A stretch of DNA of 64,000 bases, from contig OZ287702.1 of the NCBI GenBank assembly GCA_965649825.1, forward strand, positions 920,786 to 984,785, written 5' to 3'. How positions within the stretch are numbered: the first letter of the stretch is position 1; each line of letters begins with the position of its first letter. Shown here piece by piece: positions 25,311 through 41,990 of this stretch. A program made the translations under genes and the position numbers. Under the pieces are notes generated by a model that saw only the letters and a program-made list of their open reading frames with translations, ran no database searches and had not been told where the DNA came from. The DNA comes from Penicillus capitatus (taxonomy: Eukaryota > Plantae > Chlorophyta).

Positions 25311-26558
25311 GTGTTCGTTAGATCGACTCCCGTTGTCGCACCCGACCTCCCCCCTCCCATCCTTGTCCGGCCAGTACACCCGCACACGTCTTTTCACTTT
25401 CGGACACTGTTTGCTGTACAGCATGAGCTTTGGGCCACACTACCGCAGGAGACCATCGGACGCATTGTCTCTTTCATGACGCTACATGAATTGAGCCCCT
25501 TGAGAAGCCTCAATCGTCATTGGCGGACATCCATTGATTCCTCGATAAGGACGTTGTGTTTGACATCGATGTCTTCCATTCCCACTCGATTATTCTCCAA
25601 GTTCCTTCACCTTGAGCATCTGACGGTGGAGCACATGGACGAGACACACTACTGTGATATGCGACAGTTGAATCTCGTTACGGCTCTACGATTTCTGAGC
25701 ATCCAAGGGATGAAGCTCAGCAATGACTCCTTGATTTCGATTGGTCGCTGTCAGTCACTGACAGAACTGTCCGTTGCAGATATCACTTTGACAAAAAACT
25801 GTTCCGAGGCGCTGAGTGCGTTGACGCAGTTGACACAATTGACGAAGCTGTGCATGAGATACATAGACGTAGAGAAAGTAGAATTCGGTGGGGATTGTTG
25901 TGTGGAAAGCGTATCCAAGATTCACAGCCTCAAGCATCTGGAACTGAGATTTGATATGTCCACGGATGTACTTGAGAATCTATCCGTATTGACCGGTCTC
26001 GAGACGCTCTGTCTCTCGAGCATCACTCTCTACATACCTGATCTCTATTTTCTGAAGCGTTTGACACGTCTGCGACATCTCAGTCTACCGTGGACGCACT
26101 TTGCCATTTACGATACAAAACAGATCGATTTGCTGTCCAATTTGACGTTCCTGGATCTGGGTGCGACCGATGTCACTGATGACAGTGTCCAGGATTTTTC
26201 GCGTTTAACCAATCTCCGTCATCTGAGTCTCAAAGATGCCTGCATCGGAGATGCGACGGTTGAGCATCTTTCTGGTATGTCAGATCTCCTTTCGCTGGAT
26301 ATATCGCACGGAGCTGGACTCTCAGACGTCTGTTCTCTGGATCACATATCGGAGCTCCATTCACTGAAATCGCTGAATCTGAACGGAACGCACATTGGAG
26401 ATTCGGATCTGGAAATGCTGAGACCGTTATCAAATTTAGAGAGGTTGGATATTGGGCTGACCTGCGTCACAGAAGCAGGAATAAAAGCACTCGCATCCAT
26501 ATCCAACCTCAAAGAAGTAAACACAGAGATCGTGAGAAATCACTTTGATCATTATTAA
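25311..26558 (+). CDS. F-box/LRR-repeat protein
   Basis: WATLPQETIGRIVSFM...LRSLNRHWR F-box followed by LxxLxLxx repeats. The true start is probably a short upstream exon (ATG 25194 with GAG|GTACG donor). Confidence 0.85.
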   Translation: MFVRSTPVVAPDLPPPILVRPVHPHTSFHFRTLFAVQHELWATLPQETIGRIVSFMTLHELSPLRSLNRHWRTSIDSSIRTLCLTSMSSIPTRLFSKFLHLEHLTVEHMDETHYCDMRQLNLVTALRFLSIQGMKLSNDSLISIGRCQSLTELSVADITLTKNCSEALSALTQLTQLTKLCMRYIDVEKVEFGGDCCVESVSKIHSLKHLELRFDMSTDVLENLSVLTGLETLCLSSITLYIPDLYFLKRLTRLRHLSLPWTHFAIYDTKQIDLLSNLTFLDLGATDVTDDSVQDFSRLTNLRHLSLKDACIGDATVEHLSGMSDLLSLDISHGAGLSDVCSLDHISELHSLKSLNLNGTHIGDSDLEMLRPLSNLERLDIGLTCVTEAGIKALASISNLKEVNTEIVRNHFDHY

Positions 26559-27159
26559 AAGCTGAATCCGCCACAGAGGACTGACCGGACGTTCAAGATT
26601 CTGAGCAGTCTTGTTGGCTATTTTATCAACTTGATTAGTGCAATCTAAATACCATATCATCAAACAAGTGCACTTACTTTGGAAATTCTATGAGCGTGTA
26701 TGCGACTTGAGTGCAAGATATGTTTCAAAAATGGCTGTTGTGGCAGTATCGCTCTCCAGTGATCTATAGAAAGAGAAGAAAACTGTGGTCTCCGTTAAAA
26801 ATAACGGGATACACCTTCTCTCATGTGCGTGTGCGTGTGTGTGCATTTTTCTAGATTCGTAGATTTGAGAAGCCAGACTGCGTCCTCTGTATTGATCGGT
26901 GCTCGAGCAATGAATGTTTTTAATTAGTATATCATCATCCGAGGTTCATAAGTGTGAGACTGGACGACGGTTGTACTCGTCTACTAGTGAGTGGACCGAC
27001 TCTAGTACTTTAGCACTGGATTTAGAAACATAGCGAAAACGCATGTCCTTTGTCTAGGAGCACAACTTCACCGTGTTCCCCATACGAGGCGCAGAAACTC
27101 GGCGGCGAGTGTTGTCAACGCACGCGTTCTAAGTTCACGAATTTCGTCTGTCTCTTTTC

Positions 27160-28783
27160 ATGAAGGCGCTAATTGTCCAAACCGCGCCAGGGCTCTTCGG
27201 TCTGTCCTTTGCCGGATCTGCTGGAAGATCCCAGTGTTCGATAGGTTGCGCGACGCGCCGCTTTCCGTTGGTTTTTGAATGCGGCAAAGGGAAGAGCTCC
27301 GCTTGTCGTAAGAAAGCAGGAGAGATGCTGAAAACGCGAGTGGCGACGTTACGTCAACGGCTTCCGGCAAAACGACGCAAGATCTGTGCCATGTCGCAGA
27401 GCGTGCGTCCGTTCGCCATCGAAAAATCCCTGCGACGACACATCGTACAGCTAAAGCCCTACACTCCGATCGAGCCCTTTGAAATCGTTGCCGAGCGCAT
27501 TGGCACACCGATCAAAGATGTCGTCAAGCTGGATGCCAATGAGAATCTCTACGGACCGCCACCGGAAGTGTTCACGGCACTCGAGACCATGCCATTCGGC
27601 CACATCTATCCCGACCCCGAAACACGTAAACTCAGAAAAGCGCTTGCCGAATGGGTGAACGTCCCCATGGAGTATCTCCTGGTGAGCGGCCATTGATCGG
27701 CCAGTCGATTGAGCTGTGCCTCGTCGCGCAGGTCGGCTGCGGTGCTGACGAACTGATCGATCTGCTGTTACGATGTCTACTGGATGACGGTGACTGTATT
27801 GTGGACTGCCCGCCGACGTTCATCATGTATGCGTTCGATGTTAAACTCAACAATGGCCGCATCATCGAGATTGAACGCCACGCTGACTTTCGTATCAATG
27901 TTCCCGCTATCCAGTCGTTGTCTCTCGATTTAGATGTCGATGACTGACAGCTGCTGGTGTGGAATCACAGGGAAGCTGTGTTGCGAGAGCAACCGAAGGC
28001 AGTATTCCTCACGAGTCCAAACAACCCAGATGGAAGCTGCATTTGCGAAGAGGACCTCCGTGCCGTTCTCGATCTTCCAGTGTTGGTGGTATTGGATGAA
28101 GCCTATCAGGAATTCACGAACACACCGTCGCACATCACTTGGGTCCCCAACCATCCAAACCTCGTTGTTCTTCGGACCTTCAGCAAATGTGCAGGTCATT
28201 GTCCTCTGCTTCGCCGCTTTCCTTCTGTACGTATTGGCAATTGCCATGCAGCTCTTGCGGGAATGCGTGTGGGCTATGGTGCTTTTCCCCTTGATCTCGT
28301 CTCTTATCTGTGGAGGGCAAAGCAGCCGTACAATGTGTCGGTTGCGGCAGAGGTCGCCGCTTGTGCAGCGCTCTCTAATGCAGAGTACATGACAGTGAGA
28401 TTTCCACCACCCTTTGGCTCCTCGATGTCCGAAAGGGCGTGCAGAAAACGAGACAGCTCATTGTGGATGAGCGACAACGCCTATATGACAAACTGAATGC
28501 TGTCCCCTTCTTGCAACCCTTTCCCTCAGAATCTAACTTCATCTTGTGCAAGGTTAGCCCATACAAACCGTCCATCGTTTACTGTTGAGATCACGATGAT
28601 TAGGTGATAAATGGCGTGAATGCCAGAGATCTAAAAGATGATCTCTATCAACAGGGCATCTTGATTCGCTTTTTCGATACGCCTCTACTAAGAGGCTATG
28701 TCAGAATCTCTGTGGGCAAACCGGAGCACACAGATGCATTGCTGGCCGCACTGAACAGAAAGGCTGTGCAGATGACGGGATGA
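27160..28783 (+). CDS. hisC: Histidinol-phosphate aminotransferase, plastid-targeted
   Basis: KLDANENLYGP, GCGADELID, FLTSPNNPDG, VVLDEAY, RTFSKCA.ALAGMRVGYG and RISVGKPEHTD. Arg/Ser-rich transit peptide. Confidence 0.95.
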
Positions 28784-30001
28784 AAAATACTGGGCAGACT
28801 TGTGGAAAGAACGGTATGTCGAGGGATCCGTTGAGAATCCGTACACGGTGAGAGTGCAAGAGCGAGAGACATAGGTTATCTTGGACGATAGAGAACAGTC
28901 GCTCTCGGAAGGACGTAACGTCATCCATCTCTCGGACGACATCGCATTGAACACGGCGTCGCGTATCTCGCCAAGCCGAGCGTCACGAATCGACAAAACA
29001 CAAAGCGCCCGTAACTGAATGGAAATCACCTCCTTGAGCAATGGTTCCTGAACTCCTTCGTCCAGCGTTGAGCACTGTACGATGATTTGTGTCCAACGCA
29101 CCAAAAGAAAAAACACAGAGAGTGCGGACAAGGCTTTTTCGATGTGCATTTTATTATGACAGGTGTCCACTGCAAGATGTCGATGCTGTGCTTGAGATTC
29201 CTGCAGTCGATATTACCCACATTCGCAAAACACCTGAAGATCGTCCAACAAAGGTGACTTTGCTCGGACAGGAAAGAATTCACAAGCAGCGAAGTGGGTT
29301 GCATTACTTCAGATGCCCATCCAGTAGAAGAACACCTGCATCATCATGTTGCAACAGACAATCCACCAGAATCTCAGCTTCAAACCAGACAATTAAGTAT
29401 TCGTCACAATTCTTAGAAAGGCGCATCTCACAAGGTAGAATGGTAGACGAACTTTCCAGCAAAGGCCAACCATCTTGTCACAGTAACCATTCAACAAAAC
29501 AAGACACTCTACTACACTCTTGAGCGTTTGGATAGACGCATTCGCCTTAATGATGCACCAAAAGTGATCATCAGCACTCAAGCCACGAATCATTCTTCAG
29601 GGATCATCATTCAAGCATCAGAGGCGAGTGGATGTCTATGGCAATCGATCTGGCGTCGAAATCCAGAGAGTGATTATCATTGGATCCCAACAACTACGTC
29701 CCATCGAGACCGATATCAATTCCACAACGCATGAGGCAGACCAGTGGAGAAGCCAACCATTCACTCCCATCGTTTTCCATTCGTGCACATGATCGGACAT
29801 CAACTGGCGCATTTCCTCAGATCCACGTCCACCATTACTCTCCGGCGTGCATGCCTTGTTGCCAGCAGTCACATCATTGATAAATAGCCTTCGTTCTGTG
29901 ATGCCATCTATGTTCATCTGACTATCCAGTCATCCTTTCATTTCTCACCGAATGGCCAAGATGATCTTATCTGCATCTTCACGGGCTGTCATCGCTGTCA
30001 T
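28701..30001 (-). CDS. Probable uncharacterised multi-exon helical protein
   Basis: Chain of protein-like minus-strand ORF segments (29917-29636, 29593-29393, 29304-29170, 29170-28930) with ATG at 30001 followed by a CG|GTGAG donor. Family and 3' end uncertain. Confidence 0.4.
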
Positions 30002-30204
30002 GTCTACACGTCATTTCGCAAGATAAACAAAGCTCGTGCAATGGAGCCAGCAGGAAACGATGACGGTGAAGCGGCGTCGAGTGCGGCCAAGTAGGGCCAC
30101 TCGGTCACTTGATGGACGCCTGACGCGTCTCTTCTGGCAGAACGCCGCGCATTTCCCGTCAGTTCTGGCAGGCAGGGGAGTTTCTTCCAGAGGCGGACGA
30201 AGCA

Positions 30205-33142
30205 ATGGCACAGAGAAGCGCCCAGCCAGGACTCGACCACGCACGGCTTCATCCTCGTTTCCTTCACTCGAACGCCACCAGTCACAAGTGGGCTCTCGGA
30301 GCTCTAGTCGAGCTTCTCGACAACAGTATGGACGAAGTGACGGCAGGTCGGGCGCCTTTTCCGAACAAACATACACCTGAAGCAGGAGCATATGACAGGA
30401 TGTACCTATATCAACGTGGACAAAGTGAATCACCCCGTCGATGGGCCTCAGAATCCCATGTTGCTCGTCGAAGATAACGGTGGGGGTATGGATCCCTCAA
30501 CCATACGTAATTGCATGTCTTTTGGCTTTTCATTAAAGCATGGTTCGCCATTCCCTGAGTAAATGCAAGGAAGATAAACGATGCCATGCAGGTAAGAAGA
30601 TGATTGGACAGTATGGTAATGGCTTTAAGACGTCGACCATGAGACTGGGTGCCGATGCACTGGTTTTAACAAAGAGTGCATCGGCACATACCTGCAGTGT
30701 TGGATTGCTCTCCTACACATTCTTGACCGAGACGAATTCACAAGACGTTGTCGTGCCCATTGTGGATTACAGTCTTCAGGAAAGGACAAAGTAGAGACGA
30801 TCCCCTTGGCTTTGTCGATGGAATTTGATGAACAGTGTATGACAGAATGGCGAGAGGTGACGAGAGTGAGTGGAGGAGTAAACTGAATATGATCTGCGAA
30901 TGGGGACCCTTTGCTTCCGAAGCCGATATCTGGAAGCAATTGGACAGTATGCCATCTCAAGTGCATGCAGCTGTCGTTGTGCGACATGAGATGCTGAATG
31001 CGCGTGTGGATAGGGAACGCGTGTTTACATCTGGAATTTATGGCAGACATCTGACAATCTGCCAGAACTGGATTTCATCACAGATGTCCACGATGTTCTC
31101 CTGCGCGGTCATGAAGATGACGTTCCCGAGGCTTCGGGCAGAAAGAAGAAATCGGATGAAGGTATGAAACGCTGCCACTCTTATCGACATTCCTTGCGTT
31201 CTTACGTATCCATGCTCTACCTAACATGGCCAGAGGTTCAGCAGATCCATTACCTTGTGTTGCCGTGACCCACAACTGCCCCATGGTTTAGAGATTTCAA
31301 ATAATCGTGCGCGGAAAAGAAGTGATTCCCGTACCAGTGACGGCTGGAATGAAGCATGTGGCCGTCTATGACTACAGACCGCGATCCCTCCCGAAAGATG
31401 AGACAGCAGCATCGCAGAACAAAGGTGTGCGATTAGGGTCAAGCATGAACCGGCAACTATAGACAGGGTGATGCTGTTTCAAGGTCCTGTCGTTGTTCCT
31501 GTCTATGTTGGATTTGCTGTAGAAGCTCCAGATACCAGTGTATCTGGCTTCTGTGTCTATCATCGCAATCGGTTGATCAAGCCCTTTTGGAAAGTCTATA
31601 CCAGTGCATCGAGTGTGGGAAGGGGTGTCATTGGTTTTCTCCAAGTGGATTTTGTCGAACCTGCTCACGACAAACAAGTCTCTCGCATCTTCTGATTTGT
31701 GCAGCTCGCTGAGTATTGGCTGCCTTTCTGTTCTGAACAGGATTTTGAAAATACGCCTCCGTTGCAGAAGCTTGAGAAATACCTGAAGCGACAAGTCCCG
31801 CATTACTGGAGGACGAAGTCGCACCTGGTCGGCTACCAGGATCATCTGCCGTCGATCAAGCCAGAATCGACGACTCCAGAGGATCCGCAGGCCAGCAAAG
31901 CTGATAAACTGGCAGGAGACGTACGAAATTCGTTGAATCTTCCTCTCACGTCCAATAGAAAAGAAACAGAGGAGATGACACCCGCAGGACTGGAAAAGAC
32001 TCCGGAAACGACGCCGTCAAAAACTGCAAACCCTTCTCTCGTTAGGACATCGACAGAAAGAGTACCAACAAGGATTTCGCTCATCCAAACAGAAGAGGCA
32101 AAAATCAAGGTCCCTCAAAAAACGCCTTCAAAGTATTTGCTTGAAATGCAGCAACAAGTATACGGTGTTGATGTTGGAGATGATGTTATTCTCTTTGTGC
32201 TGCTCAGATCTCGCAGCTGCAGCATTCAGTTCAAGAGTTTTGCAATTCCTACGAAATCAAAGAAGATGCGCAGCTGGTTCTTGGCAGGATCTTTGGTACG
32301 ACGATGAGCAAGGTCCTTGATCCGGCAAGAGAACTCAAAAGAATGTGTACAACGCAAGTGAAAGGACATCGTCAAGCTCTGCTCTTTATTGCCAAGTCTA
32401 AGGTGGAAGGAAACCTTAACGGGTCCATTCCACAATTTATTCAGGCCGAAATGAAAGCCATGGGCCTTGATCTCAGTGGCTCGATGGATGTGGAAGAGGA
32501 CAGTCACACAGCAGATCAACTGTCTTCGCCGAAACAGCAGACGGTCTGCATGACGCAGCCATCTGCATTGCACAAACAGTTGACAGAAGAGAACGAAGAG
32601 ACCATCTGGACACACAAACGCAAAACGGCGCCGACAGATACACCGGACACCGTTGAAGATATGAACCTTGATGAGAGACAGACAGAGATGGACGAAAAGA
32701 ACAAAGCAGGCTCGGATACAGCAATAATGTCGACCACTGTCGTACGAGAGGCGATGTCTGAGCAATGGGTGGTGCAGCAAACAGCATCGACAGATGCGAG
32801 CCATGACGGTGACTGTGCAGGAAAGCTCTGCGTGAACGAGCACATGCGATGATCTTAGGTCTGATGAGAAATGGCAACCAAGGTGGAAGCGAAGATTTGG
32901 CTCAGATTGGTCTTTCTGTCGTCGAGAAGTTTCTCAAGACAAAACCGCCGAAGTTGGGCGTCCTGCAGTTGGCCCCAACATCCCGAGATGCTCATAAGAG
33001 GGGCTTCGTTTCCGCCGGAAATGAGGAGCCGTTAGAGGTCGTAAATCTTTCCGAAGAGGTGAAAGTGGATCTAGATCCGCCTTCAAAGCGTCTCAAGTCC
33101 ACAACGCAAGACAACAGAGACTCCTGTGAAGGTCAAGAATAA
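30205..33142 (+). CDS. MORC: MORC-family GHKL ATPase
   Basis: HPRFLHSNATSHKWALGALVELLDNSMD, VEDNGGGM, IGQYGNGFKTSTMRLG, GFCVYHRNRLIKPFW and HDKQDFE. Confidence 0.93.
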
Positions 33143-33317
33143 GGGAAAGGCCATCACTCTTGCTCGAGTTTGCACGATCGAGAATGAACCCAGTCGATGC
33201 GATGACATCTACAAACAGATAAACGTTATTGCGGACAAGCTGTGGCATAAACAATCGATCTTTTTATTGGATTTGTCTCCTGGAATCGATCCGGATCGAT
33301 CATAGAGCAAAAGCCAG

Positions 33318-36285
33318 ATGCGATCGAGTGCATTAAAAGTTTTGATGTCGATGCGGATCGGCCGAAGAGGCTGTGCCATCTGTCCTCCGCGATGGATGCC
33401 CATGAAAACGGCATCGGGTCCCTCGTTGCGACAGAGAGGATCCAGGATACGCGAATCGCGACTGCTCAGTGAACGAAGTGCTCGGCGGTTGACGCAGAAC
33501 GCCGCTGCGTGTGAGGACGGCCATCACCGTGTGCAGAGGGGAGACGCGTCGAACGTGGCCTTGGTGTCGTTGCCGACCCGTTCTCTTCTGCATGTTTTCG
33601 CAGCGACTGGCCTCGTGGGTCTTCTGAGCATTGGTGCCTCTGTCTGACGATCAGGAAATGTCATGATCCTTCAGGCATGGTTGTTGGCTGGGCAGCTATC
33701 TGTGGCGCATGCCGACTTATTCGATGAATACTCTGATCTCATCGTCCAACGGACGGGGAAACCTGCATTGCCAGGACTGACAACGATTCCCAATACAGAG
33801 GTTGTCCTCGGCGAGCAGCAAAGGGATGGCCTTTACGAACCGAATGTGCTTCGTAGGAGAAGACAGCGCGGATGACGTTGGATCCTTCAGTGCAACTGGA
33901 AGTGGATAAGGCAAAGATCGAGCAACTGGAGAACGAGCTGAAGAAAGCGAGAAGAGTAGGTGTGTTCCTTTCTGAATGTTCGTATTGAGGATGACGTGGT
34001 AGACAACTCCGACGCCCTACTTTTCACCATCTACACCTGCTGCCCCGCCGCCTGGGTTGCCATCTGTCGATACGAAGAAGGATGATGTTCTGTTGCCTCG
34101 GCTGTCCGAAAAGACAGTTGAATCTGAGAAATCGGAGAATACTGTTGGTGGTCTGGCGAATGTTCTCGGCATTTTTCTTGTCGGAGGTTTGGGTGGATTC
34201 TTATATCTGAGAGGAAAGGCAGCCGAGGTGGAGAATGCGTTTCTCACTTTTTTGAGCGTTCTGCAAAACGTATGTAGGAAACGGAAGCCAGTCTACGCAA
34301 AGAGCTCGACGAAAAGGCAGCCGATATCCTGAAGCTGCAGTATGTGGCGCATTTGATCGTCGACGCCATAAACTGTGTGATCTGAGTATAGAGATGACGT
34401 TGATGCAGCTGAGACTGCTGTGGAAGAAGAGCAGCAGCTCGTCACACAGCTCAGAGAAGAAAAGAGTGCAGAATCCATAAGCAACCGTGAGAAGGTGTGC
34501 GTCCAGTTGCCACTTCTTGTGTCACACATACGTCTCTAGATCGATGTCCTCAAAGAAGAGAAAGAAGCAGTGACACAAGAAATGACATCGACACGGCGAG
34601 CATTGGAAGCAGAGCGCAGAGTCGTCGAGGCCACAAAGCAATGCGAACATCACACTTTCGCCAGATTTGACGATTTTCTTTCAGGAAAGAGGCCTCGGCC
34701 GTCACAGAGGCGCTAGAGATGGAGAAGGAGGCGAAAACGCAGGCAGAAACGGAGATCGAGGAACTGAAGAAGGAATTGGAGTCGACCAATATCGAACTCT
34801 CCGATGGACGTCTTCTCACACGCGATATCGGAATGAAGGTGACAGAAATGGAATCCGAACTATCCTCGGCCAAAAACACAAACGCCAAGTTTATGGAAAG
34901 GAATCTTCTGCTGGAGACTTACCTCAAAGAAAAGGACGAACAGCTGGAAGGACTAACAGAAACGCAGTCGCAGACAGAACAAGATCTCACAGATCTTCAA
35001 CGGAACTATGATGAACAGAGGCAAAAACTGAAAAAAGTGTGATCTCTAATATACCTCAGCATTTCATGCAGCAGTCTGTTTGCAGAGCGAGGAGATGTCA
35101 GCTTCGTTAGAGAAAACTATCCAACAGTTGGAAACACAAAGTGCGCAAATGGCCGAGAGTTACTTGAAGAAGATAGACGATGCTTCTCGATTGAGGGAAG
35201 AGGCAGAACGGGAGTTGAGCGTTTTGACGACTCGACTCGAAGAAGAGCAGCAGAGCGTGAGATCTCTTGCTCAAATTGGATGTGTATTCTGACAGGCGTT
35301 GCATCGCTGTCTGTGTAGTCAAAGCAGATCCAAGCGGAACTTGCGAGAAAGAACGGGTACATTGCCGACAAGGACAAAGCCATTTCTCAGTTAGAGAAGG
35401 AACTGGAAGCTGTCACAGAGGAAGTGCGCCACTTGCATTCCCAGGTCTCGTCGTCTCCGATCTCGACGCGGACACGGATCGTGGGATACGTAGATGGCAC
35501 TGGTGAAGTCGCAGTATGATGATTCTGTCTCAGATCTCGAGGCGGAGAAGAAAAAACGGATCAAAGCAGAGGAAGAGGTGAAACGTATGGACACGGAAGT
35601 GCGCGATACCTGGGCACAGTTGGAGTCCACAGTCGGTAATCTGAATGAAGGACAAAAAGAGATCGACCGACTGAAAGATGAGATGGAGTCCGTGAAGAGA
35701 CAGTACTACCTCGTTAGCGACAAGGTAGAGGAGGAGCAAGGCCGTCTGATGGAAGCACAACGACTCACCGCAAAGCTCTCGGATCAAGTGACTGTCACCT
35801 TTGCGGATTTCTTGGCGATCAGCACGTGAACAGATCACTGGGCTGACACGTGCGAGAGACCAAGCGGAACAACGCGCGTCCGATTTGAGCAAGGAATTGG
35901 AAGAGGCCAGAAAAGACGCAGAGAAAGTGCGCACCTTCCATGGACAACGCCAGTATTGTGAGAGTGCTGTCAGGCGAGATCGACACTCGACAAGCGCGAG
36001 GTTAAAAAGACAGCAGCTCTGGAAGAACTGCAAAAGTTGAGGGATGCAGCGAGTGTGGCACAGGAAGAGGTGAAAGCGGCTAGAGAGCAACTTCGAACGG
36101 AGACCGCTGCACGCGCATCGGCAGAAAAAACTGTGTCAGAACTCAAGTCCACGACGACATCTCACTTCTTTTCTCACACTTCTGTTGTATCTAGAGCAAA
36201 GCTCAAGAACGCATCCATCGACAAGAGGTCCAGTACAAAGAAAGAGGCCAAGAAACAACCCCTCCGAACTCCGTCCAAGCCATGA
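33318..36285 (+). CDS. MFP1-like plastid/thylakoid-anchored long coiled-coil protein
   Basis: Transit-peptide-like N-terminus, hydrophobic segment ending AHA, TM helix GGLANVLGIFLVGGLGGFLYL, then many E/K/Q-rich heptad exons. Start approximate. Confidence 0.6.
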
Positions 36286-36414
36286 GATCTCGTGTGCAGA
36301 TGTCTTTTCTTTTTGAGATGTTTTGAAAACGAGATTTTGAGTGAGCATCATTGTTTGGTACAACCGTTTGTTTTTGTGAGACATCTGATCGAACGGATGT
36401 CGTCTGAGTGCATC

Positions 36415-36786
36415 TCATTTTCTCAGCGATTTTCTCTTTCGGCAGCCATTGAACGGAATTGGCGTCTTCTCGACGATGCGCATCACGACGAGGCCACATT
36501 TCGTCAGATGGCGCAGGACAGCCATTTTGTTGAACCCCTCTCCTTTGAGATAGACATCGACGTTGGTCACACCGAGTCCTTGCGCTTTCGTTGCGCATCG
36601 CTCTGCTGTCATCTCTGCTGCGTAATTCGTACGTTTCTTAGCACCGGCGAATCCCAGATCGCCCGTCGATATCGAAAAACACACCTGTGACCAGTTCTTC
36701 GCCAAAGTCATATGCGTGTTGTGCCGCGTGAATTTGATAAAAATCGTATAGACATCCGAGAGCAGACCGCCTGTCGCTCGATTCAT
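36415..36786 (-). CDS. rps11: Organellar-type (probably mitochondrial) ribosomal protein uS11
   Basis: NTHMTL, GFAGAKKRTNYAAE and TPIPFNGCR motifs of bacterial-type S11. Possible tiny upstream exon from ATG 36869. Confidence 0.85.
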   Translation of the reverse strand: MNRATGGLLSDVYTIFIKFTRHNTHMTLAKNWSQVCFSISTGDLGFAGAKKRTNYAAEMTAERCATKAQGLGVTNVDVYLKGEGFNKMAVLRHLTKCGLVVMRIVEKTPIPFNGCRKRKSLRK

Positions 36787-37027
36787 CTCTTCCGATCCGA
36801 TCGACGACGAATATCACCGAATAACGTGCAGAAGAATCGACGGTACGGTACCTTCGTCGTACAATTCATGAGACTAACAGACAGATGGAGTGGCCACCGA
36901 TGTCCAGAATTCAATCGTCGTTTCGTGTTTCATTCGTTTTTTTTTTTTTTTGATTCAGATCCGACGCACGATCGGCAGCGGGGATTGCACGACAACGTCA
37001 TTTTGGTATAGGACTCTTTTGGCTGTT

Positions 37028-40596
<3,569 letters not shown>

Positions 40597-40604
40597 ACGC
40601 ATCC

Positions 40605-41908
40605 TCAGTACGGTTTCATACGTAGCGGCCGTTTGTCCCTGGCGGCGACACGAGAAGTGCCCTCCTCTTCTGAAGAGATCGACGATTCCTCTGGCGGTAC
40701 GTTGATCCAGAAACAGATTCTGCCATCTTCACCAGCAGTGACCCACATGGAATCCCTCCACTGAAGAAAACATCCAACGCTTTCTCGATGGCCACCTTTC
40801 AGCGCCACATCGAAAGTAAAATCCTGATCAGGATCTTTGATGCGTCCGGTAGAGAGAACGCTAAAAGTGGCCAAGGCTCCGTAGTCATCTCCTCCAATAA
40901 CTTTTAGCTCGTTGCAGTCAGCGAAACAGGCCAAGCAGTATTGCACCTAGAATGACGGAGATGTGAGAGTGAGCTGTGATGGGATTGATGTGACATCTTG
41001 GATGTGATCAGAGTTCAGCATTGGACGTATGTCTGGTTGTTGGTAGTAGGGCACGGCGCCTTTCTTGGATTCCTCTTTCAGACCTTCTTCCCATTCCCAC
41101 AGGGCCAGACCATGTTGCCCCGAGAGACACCAGAGTTGCTGCTGATGATCACCAAAAAACCCAAACCGTGAAATCGGATCCCAATTCTGACCCGCCTGGA
41201 ATACAGACCCCCATCGAACCTACTCTTTTCAGAGACGAAGCTACCATGAAGCTGGCATCTTCATCCATTCCATGAGACAAATCAAAAACCGACAGCATTC
41301 CATCGTCTGAGGCACTGAAGAACATGTCTCTCTTTTGTGGATGAAAGGCAACCTTAACATGCAGAATGTGTGAGAATTGGGTCAGAGATGTCGAATTACC
41401 TGTGCGATTTCCGAATCATGCGATTCTGTAAACTCCGTGATCAATTGGTTCATGCGCATATCTAAGAAACCAATCGTGCCCTCCTCTGTCCCCACTGCCA
41501 GCATGTGTTCGCGAACAGCCATACTGGCGAGACTTGTTCTATGATGAAACCTACAACGCCATTTAGTTCTGTTGATTTCAAAGTGACGGTGGTGGCGGAC
41601 CTATCAATCGACTCCCCACTTCGAATGTCCCACTGTTGTAGATATCCTTCGTCGGTGCAGGTCATGAGCCAGTAACGATTCGATTCGAATCGAAAAAGCT
41701 GATCCGTAACAGCTCCCTGGATGTTTCCCAGATGACAGAGATGAACGCCGCGCGTTTCTCGCAGCGAATAGATCTCGACCGTTCGATTTGTTAAAGCAGC
41801 GGACAGGACATCGCTGTTACGACAACGGCAGAGATTCGATATGCCGATATTCGTGCGTCCCAAGGCTGCATGTATCGTGTGTGACAGCTTCGCGTGAGTT
41901 AGGCTCAT
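40605..41908 (-). CDS. WD40-repeat protein (WDR89/GTS1-like)
   Basis: TCTDEGYLQQWDIR, SIDGMLSVFDL and GHRESV...TAGEDGRICFW. Confidence 0.75.
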
Positions 41909-41990
41909 TAGACAGATGGATATCAGGAATGCAGGAATTTGGCGTTACATTTAAACAGGGCCGTCTTGTCGTCGGACACATCTCAGCCCC

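Noticed and set aside
26983-27006. Hairpin ending in CTAGT as a Helitron 3' end
   Set aside because: Short AT-containing stem, CTAG is part of the stem rather than downstream of it, and there is no RepHel or 5' TC evidence.
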